The notes under the pieces were generated by a model. The model was not told the DNA's origin. It ran no database searches and saw only the letters and a program-made list of their open reading frames with translations. A stretch of 63,628 bases of DNA, the filler included. It is 6 parts of 6 records of this genome, joined end to end, with 100 filler letters (N's around TTAATTAATTAA, not from the genome) between each part and the next. Parts side by side here need not be neighbours in the genome. Positions count along the whole stretch, not along the records: positions 57,440 to 63,628 come from SRR2962707_2799; 5 more parts are not named here. One strand, written 5' to 3'. Shown here one piece after another: positions 57,469 to 63,628 of this stretch. Position 1 is the first letter of the stretch, and every line of letters starts with the position of its first letter. The position numbers and the translations under genes are program-made.

Positions 57469-59678
57469 ATGAGCGGCGGTATCTTTCGCCTTCCACCTCT
57501 GTTTGCAGCGACTGCTGCAGTTGCTTCAGCCGCAGCAAGTGGCACTTCCGGAGACTTGCTGAGCGCTAGCTGGCGCGCAAGTGAAGCAACGGAGTTTGTA
57601 GTCGTGGCTCACGAGTCACTCGCCGACTGGAAGCGCCAGGAAGAGAGCGACGAAGGAGGACTGCTGCTCGTCGGAGCGAAACGGGACGCTTCTTTAGGCA
57701 GCAGCAGTAGCGACGGTGGGCACGCACGGTTTCGGTCGATGCTGGACTCGCTCGAGCGGGTGCCAGTGACCTACCTGAACGGTCAACGCAGTGTCTGCTT
57801 CTTGCCACCGCCTCCTGAGGTTGTTGCTGCGGCTTCGAAAAAATCTGCAGCGCAGGCAGCTCAAGAACGAGCAGCAGCTGCTGCTGCGTCAGGAGCTGTG
57901 GAGATTGACGCGGATAAGGCCGCTGCGGTGGCCGCTCGTGTGCGACGTTTCGAAGGCAAATGCGCGACAATGCCGGATGGGTATTGGCATTATGCTGTGT
58001 GCCCTTTTGACAAGGTGCGACAATTCCACCCGAATCCGAAAGGAAAGCCGAGCAGCGAGTTCAATTTGGGAACATTCAACCAGACAGAGTCCATGGAAGT
58101 GCCAGCCTTCTTAGCCAAGCGTGGTGGTGTTTTTTCGGCTTACACGCAAAAGTTTTCAGGTGGGACAGAAGGCCGTGAAACACAAGTACGTGTGGTGAGG
58201 CGATCGGGTATTGAATCGGAAGGAGACAGTGCTCGGAGGGTTGTTATCGGGCATTACTTTGGGTGGGTGATGATGACTGTCTTGCTTGTTGATACTTGAA
58301 TCAGGTTCACTTCGTTTGCAGTGGTTCAGCACTGGACCCGTCCCCGGAGCGACATCCCACCGATACCCGTGGAGCTATTGGAGCGACCAGGGGGCATGGA
58401 TCACTGGTGATTGCCAAGGTGGAGGAGGACCCGCAGCATGTGTCCGTACAGACTGGCAGCCGAGCACGACAATGGTTGCTCACAATTCTCCTCAAGCCTG
58501 TAGCATTCCGTCTCACCTCCCGCATTTTTATGACCGACCATAGGTATCATATCACAGTGGTAACGTCAGACGTGTGTGGGGTAAGTGAATCACCGCAACA
58601 ACTTATTGCAGGCGCTCCTACTGATTGCCTGCGACATGTCGGTTCGTGGTGGACCGCGGAGATTTGTCCATTTCGGCGAGTCCGACAGTATCACAAGGTA
58701 CGCCAAGGTCTTCCTTTCTTGATCATCGACCGGGCAAACCTATGTGCTCTTAATCTCGAGAAACTGTTCTGGTTCTGTAATGTCCTGCGCTTTCCTGCCC
58801 CCTTTCAAGGAACACGATGGGTCTCGGACAGAAATTTCCCTTGGGATGCCGAAGGAAGAATCAGGCATTCTGGTTGCCACCCCTAAACAAGCTATTGCCG
58901 CAGCACACAACTTGCGCAGGTAGGAAGTTACCACATTGGCCTCGACACCAAAAGTTTTGCCGGTTTGATGCACGGTTCTATGCTTCGGAACACGGTGTGA
59001 TATATGTTTTGCTGTTCCACCGGTATGTTGCCATAGGTACCTCCTCGCATCCAACCAGAACACAGGTCCTGAGGCACAAGCCAGGGTCGACGCGATGGTA
59101 ACTGCTGTGGGTGGTGACCCGCTTCCGTATTTTGAAGAGGTCTTCACGAGTGGTTCCCCATGTGGCGTTGGGCCGGACGCTCCTCGACGCGCAACTGTTG
59201 TGCGGTGCGTAAAGTAGCTCACGTACATTCCTGACCCCGTTTTTCGCACAGTTCCATTGTTCACTATTCTGGTTTTTTTTCATGGCAGGTATTTCTGTGA
59301 CGGTGAGGACAATGAACCAACTTCGATAGGCACGACGCATGCGGGTGGAAGCGACGATCCAGATTTTTTTCGAGTGGAGTCAGCTGAATTTCGATCTATT
59401 GATGGTTTCAAGGAGGTTGCTGAATGCTTGTGAGTAGGACCCTCCGCACACTCTTGACAGTTCTTTGTGTGGCTTCGGTCCAGTTGGGTCCTAAATTTTG
59501 CTATTCCAACGTCAATCACAGGTATAAAGTGGACCTTCGACTCCCTGAGTTGTGCCTCCACCCAGCTTTTCATCACCAAAGGAACACGCCATCGGAGACA
59601 CATACACTGTCAAAAATAAACTGTGTTCCGGCGGATGACCTCGAAGAAGGCGCCCGCGAGAGAGCTGCGTCGACTTAA
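57469..59678 (+). CDS. Eukaryotic OS-9/erlectin-like ER lectin with two MRH domains, 7 exons
   Basis: Exons 57469-58185, 58305-58441, 58544-58697, 58810-58919, 59037-59204, 59289-59429, 59522-59678 join in frame through GT-AG introns; motifs GYWHYAVCPFDKVRQFH, WWTAEICPFRRVRQYH, RRATVVRYFC, ECLYKVDLRLPELCLHPAF. Confidence 0.8.
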
Positions 59679-59846
59679 TGCTTGGCCCTGCGATTGTAGA
59701 ACATAAATTATGATATTATGCAATGAAGGCAGAGACTGCTTGCTACTTCCTGGGCAGCTACCGTTTGTTGGCCATTTTAGCATACGTGTAAGCCTAACAG
59801 TAGCAGCCAACATCCGAGAACAAGTATCAACAGTTAGCGACTTTGC

Positions 59847-62800
59847 TCACATGCGCAGAATGCTGGCGCATGTCAGCAGGTGTACAAAAAAAGTGCATTG
59901 TCCCACGACTACTGTAAAGGCGTGATCACGCACCGCTGCTCCGCGGGAACCACTGGTGCTGGCGCTGGCGCTGGCGCTCCTCCTGCTGCTGCTGCTGCTG
60001 CTTGATGTCTTTCTATCATTTGTTCCGCCGCGTGTAGGGTAGCTACTTGAAGACGAAGCTCGACTTTCTGCCAGCTGCTTTCGGATAACATCGTCGACCT
60101 GCTTCTCCCAACCAAAGTCGAGACCAGTCATTTCGTAGAATCGTTGATTGTGAGGTTGGAAAAAGTTTTTGAGCCCCCGTAGCACTTGAATAGAAGGCTT
60201 CTCGTGCTTGCCCTTGCTGTTTGTATTGGAAATTGTCACAGAACCGTCGTCTTTGTGAATATCTACCCTTGGGACCCCGATGTGATCAGTGATCCTGTCG
60301 ATATTGCTCTGCACGCCCTCGGCGCTGTTTTCCATGTCCTCAAATGACAGAAACAAAAACTGTTCAATGGGGAAATACTGCAGCCAGCGGTACAACTGAT
60401 GATGGTAAATACTAACTGCCAAGTACCTACACAAATCCAGACAGGCAGCATCAGATGAGAGGTCGACATGAATTCGTAAAAAAAGCTGGCACATGCACTG
60501 AAAAAAGTGGAAATCACATGGATGTCAGGGGTCAACGTGCGAATTCAGTGGAACGGGCTCAATGCTGTGACGGTAATTAAGGTTCTTGAGGGCAGGGTAG
60601 CAGAACTCGAATTTTTCGTTTGCCATTTCTGCGTCGAGGCACGACGGGTCATCAAGGCCTTGCTGCAGTTCACTCACAATGGCCTGTGGCGAAAAATAAA
60701 GGAAAATAATCAAAGGTTCGAACCAGGCTTCCCAAGTAAACCTCGCAACACATGAAGCCTCCCCACGCAAAAAAAACTGCTTGCCTCCTGGAAAGTGGCG
60801 TGTGGCTCCCGGCCGCTCATGAGATAACGCTCCATTCGCCAGTGAGAAAATGCTCGTAATATGGGATTACGAAGAGTGACGATAATTTTTGCGTTGGGCG
60901 CGGTCTCGAACATGCGGCGTGGGGCCTACAACCGAAGCATCGCACAGGTGTAATCCAGTGATCCTTTTGTGCTGTATCCAAACAACTAAATTTTCCGCCA
61001 CGCCACTGCACGACTTTTTGTGGGCACGCACCTGCGGATGCATGAAGTAGCGAACGCTCGCCTCGCCGGTGATAGCATTGAGGCCGGCTGGGAGTGGTGG
61101 CATGACTTCTGCATAGTGCCGATCGTACTTGCCTTTCCAGTTGAGAAAGTTCAGTTCTTTGTCATCCCAAGTCTCCCACAGCATGATGTTGTCATGCCTC
61201 TTCAGGTTGTCAAAAAGTGTTGTGGACCCACTGCGCGGTGCTCCGATTAGCACAAAACTTGGAAGGCAGTTCAGCTTCACAGCACTACGGCTGGACGTTG
61301 CGGGTGTTTTTTGCCAGCAAGAGGCGTTAAGTTGGACCTGGATGTCAGAGCGAAGATCCTGTGCATTGGGGGGAATATTGTGCGGGGCCCTTTTTTTGTG
61401 CTCACGGAACACCCATGCCAATGTTTCATCATTGTCTTCTGTCCAATCGAACTAAAAACCGCACGGTATTGCGACGCAGTCAATTGGACCAGCAGCCTGC
61501 ACATGCAGACACATAACTTCAGTGACTTGTATGCGAAGTGCATGCACGCACCTGCAGAGTTGGCACAAGCCAATTGTGGTATGCAGCCATTTCTTCGCGG
61601 CCAAGTTTGTGATATACGCTTATCATGTTGTTGATGAGAGTACCCGAGCGTGGATTGTGCTCCACAAAGTACTCGTACACCTCGATGGCCTTCTGGTTGT
61701 CACCACTCTGGTACCTACAGTTACGACCGTGCAAACAACAATGAAGCCATAGGCAATTCGATAATATGGCAGCGCACCCAACCATCATTTTCCGTTCAGT
61801 TAGTCAGCACTGACAGCGGTGGCAAGCCGACACAACGCACTGGTGAATATCAGCTAAATTAATGATTCCTTTGATGTTGTCCGGCTCTTGCATTAATGCT
61901 TGTTCAAACAGGTGGCGAGCACGCGGCCAATTCTCCTCCCGATAATACCTTTCAGCCATACAGTTCAACCGAGCATCACGTAACTTCAAAGCATCCACCT
62001 GCCAAGCATTGATGACGCGAATACTCAACATAATCTAAGAATGTTCGGAGCGTGTGTACGTGACTCACCAGTACCCCCAGTTGTTGAGCGCAAAGCCGGT
62101 ATTTGTGGCGCGGAACCGCTGGGCGTTCGTGTAAAGGGCAACTGTGTTCGTCCAAGGACGGGACGCCGCTCGCGTCAAAACCACGAGCAAGCCCAATACC
62201 AAAAGAACGGCACCAATCTTCACAACGTCCGCGGTGCGTTTGGCGAAGTACCCTTTGACGAACAGAAGTGCGGAAACTGGTGCCATGACAAGGGCTGGCA
62301 AATAATGGTAACGATCTGCTCCCATAGTCAACACACCATGCTGCACTATACCAATGGCAGGAAGGCTCCAAGTGATGTAAAACACCCATGCCGCAGAAGC
62401 AACGAAACTAGGCGAAAGCAGCTGCGCAATGGCGGCTTCGTTGCCACCCTTAGCTCCAGAGGCCTCCTCGTACTTTGTTTCTGCGCCAGGCGCGTTTTTT
62501 TTGCCAGTGGCACCCCGTGATTTTTTCTCATCCGATGTGGATGTGGCAGAGGCCGGTGTAGCAGTAGCAGCAGCGAGGTCGCGCAGAAACACGAACACGG
62601 CAATCACCGTCGCGAGTGGAATCAAGACGCACGGCAATATATACTCGGCCGTGTCGAATCGCAATGGGTTCTCTCCGTTCTCCAGTGCATAGTGAGGCAT
62701 GTGTTGCGAAGGCCAAAAGGTCATGCGAAAGTAGAATCCCAGGGCCCAGCATGCACGGATAAAGCGGTCCTTGACGGTCAGGCAAACCCCAGGCGTGCGC

Positions 62801-63628
62801 AAATTTTCGCAAGGGTCATCGCCGGGAGCCGCCATGCGCACGCAGAAGATAGCAAGCGCGACGAAGAGAAGTTTGTCCGCAAAGGCACCGAACGGATTCA
62901 GCCACTTTTGCACAGGCAGCAACCTTCGCGGGCGCGTGAATGCATCGATGAAGAGGAAGCCAAAAAGGGTGGAGATAGCCGGTGTCTTGCAGGCAAGGGC
63001 AAGAAATAGAAGTACGGCGGCACCTCCATAATTCAGGATGCGCAGGACGACATGGCGTGCCGTCAGGTAATGATAATAGCATAACATGCTGCCCACCACA
63101 AAAACGATCCCAAAATTGTACGAAATGCACGAAATCCACCCGACAACCTCTGCGCGTAGAGGGTGAAGCGTCCACACAATTGCGCCGAAAGCACAAGCCA
63201 AACCTTGCACACGACGATTGTTCGGACAAAGATGTTCACCCAGCACAGTGAGGCAGAGTCGGTACAGGAGCGCACCGCCAGTGGCATGGGAAAAAATCTG
63301 CACGTCGCGCCAACGGCTGGCGTTCAAGTCGAAGCAGTACCACACGATTGCTTTAAGAAACCACGCGACAGGCTCCCACACGTCCAGGTGCTTGGAATTC
63401 CACATCCACTCGAGGTGTTCCTTGGAAAACCCTTTGTACGCGTTGTTGTGGACAAAATTGTCTTCATCGTCCAGGGTCACGAACTGCTTCTCCCCGTCCT
63501 CCGCAACGTTGGTGGCGAAACTGGCAATGCTCAGCGCGTACACCAGGCCAAACACGGCGGCAAATTCGAGAAGAGCCGAGTTGAACAGCGGGCTCGCGGA
63601 AGAAGAAGAAGCAGAAGAAGAAGAAGAA
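59847..63628 (-). CDS. Eukaryotic spliced gene: TMTC-like GT-C glycosyltransferase + TPR repeats + PAPS-dependent sulfotransferase (5'-truncated)
   Basis: Exons 63628-62069, 61948-61841, 61714-61552, 61451-61032, 60925-60785, 60683-approx 60541, 60426-59847. GT-C motifs LDD, HPLRAEVVGWIS, LACK, ADRYHYLP; TPR NNWGYWYYREENWPRARHLFEQALMQEPDN; sulfotransferase IGAPRSGSTTL, GEASVRY, LRNPILRAFSHW, FFQPHNQRF. Confidence 0.7.

Noticed and set aside
58296-58886. Standalone 196-aa ORF and other short ORFs in the eukaryotic contig
   Set aside because: They are exons read through in-frame introns of the spliced genes
54883-59678. Bacteria-to-eukaryote junction suggesting horizontal transfer
   Set aside because: Separated by an artificial linker
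59959-60003. GCTGGC and GCT tandem repeats; also the GAA repeat at 63599-63628
   Set aside because: Low-complexity coding for Ser/Ala tracts within the minus-strand reading frame

Overview
This window is not one locus. It is six unrelated contigs joined by an artificial 100-nt spacer (N44-TTAATTAATTAA-N44) at 6225-6324, 29767-29866, 41200-41299, 51997-52096 and 57340-57439. (1) 1-6224: Roseobacter-type polyamine uptake and catabolism (potFGH, GntR regulator, class III aminotransferase), plus an ArgE-type deacetylase coupled to a DoeA/EutD-like ectoine hydrolase. (2) 6325-29766: a high-GC Rhizobiales-like (Devosia-like) contig. It carries an iron-siderophore ABC island with EIGHT periplasmic binding proteins, two permease pairs, two ATPases and an embedded sucrase/ferredoxin-like protein with an atypical HxGGC motif, all flanking a TGA-N9-TCA iron box. 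A sigma54/DctBD-controlled tctCBA transporter follows. (3) 29867-41199: mixed Rhizobiales-like genes (TAT beta-helix protein, dienelactone hydrolase, AhpD/CMD, CorA, soluble Aer-like PAS protein, polysaccharide deacetylase, YchJ, glyoxalase, desaturase, UvrD) and several structured intergenic elements. (4) 41300-51996: Roseobacter housekeeping block (ABC-F, marC, aspartyl protease, holC, pepA, lptFGD, surA, pdxA). (5) 52097-57339: Atm1-like ABC transporter, Bcr/CflA MFS, RND pump. (6) 57440-63628: eukaryotic, intron-containing DNA with a 7-exon tandem-MRH (OS-9/erlectin-like) gene. Converging on it is a spliced gene that appears to fuse a TMTC-like GT-C glycosyltransferase, TPRs and a sulfotransferase. 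The best candidates for undescribed systems are the multi-receptor siderophore array with its variant ferredoxin and the glycosyltransferase-TPR-sulfotransferase fusion. All family and taxon assignments are from motif recognition by eye, not database searches.
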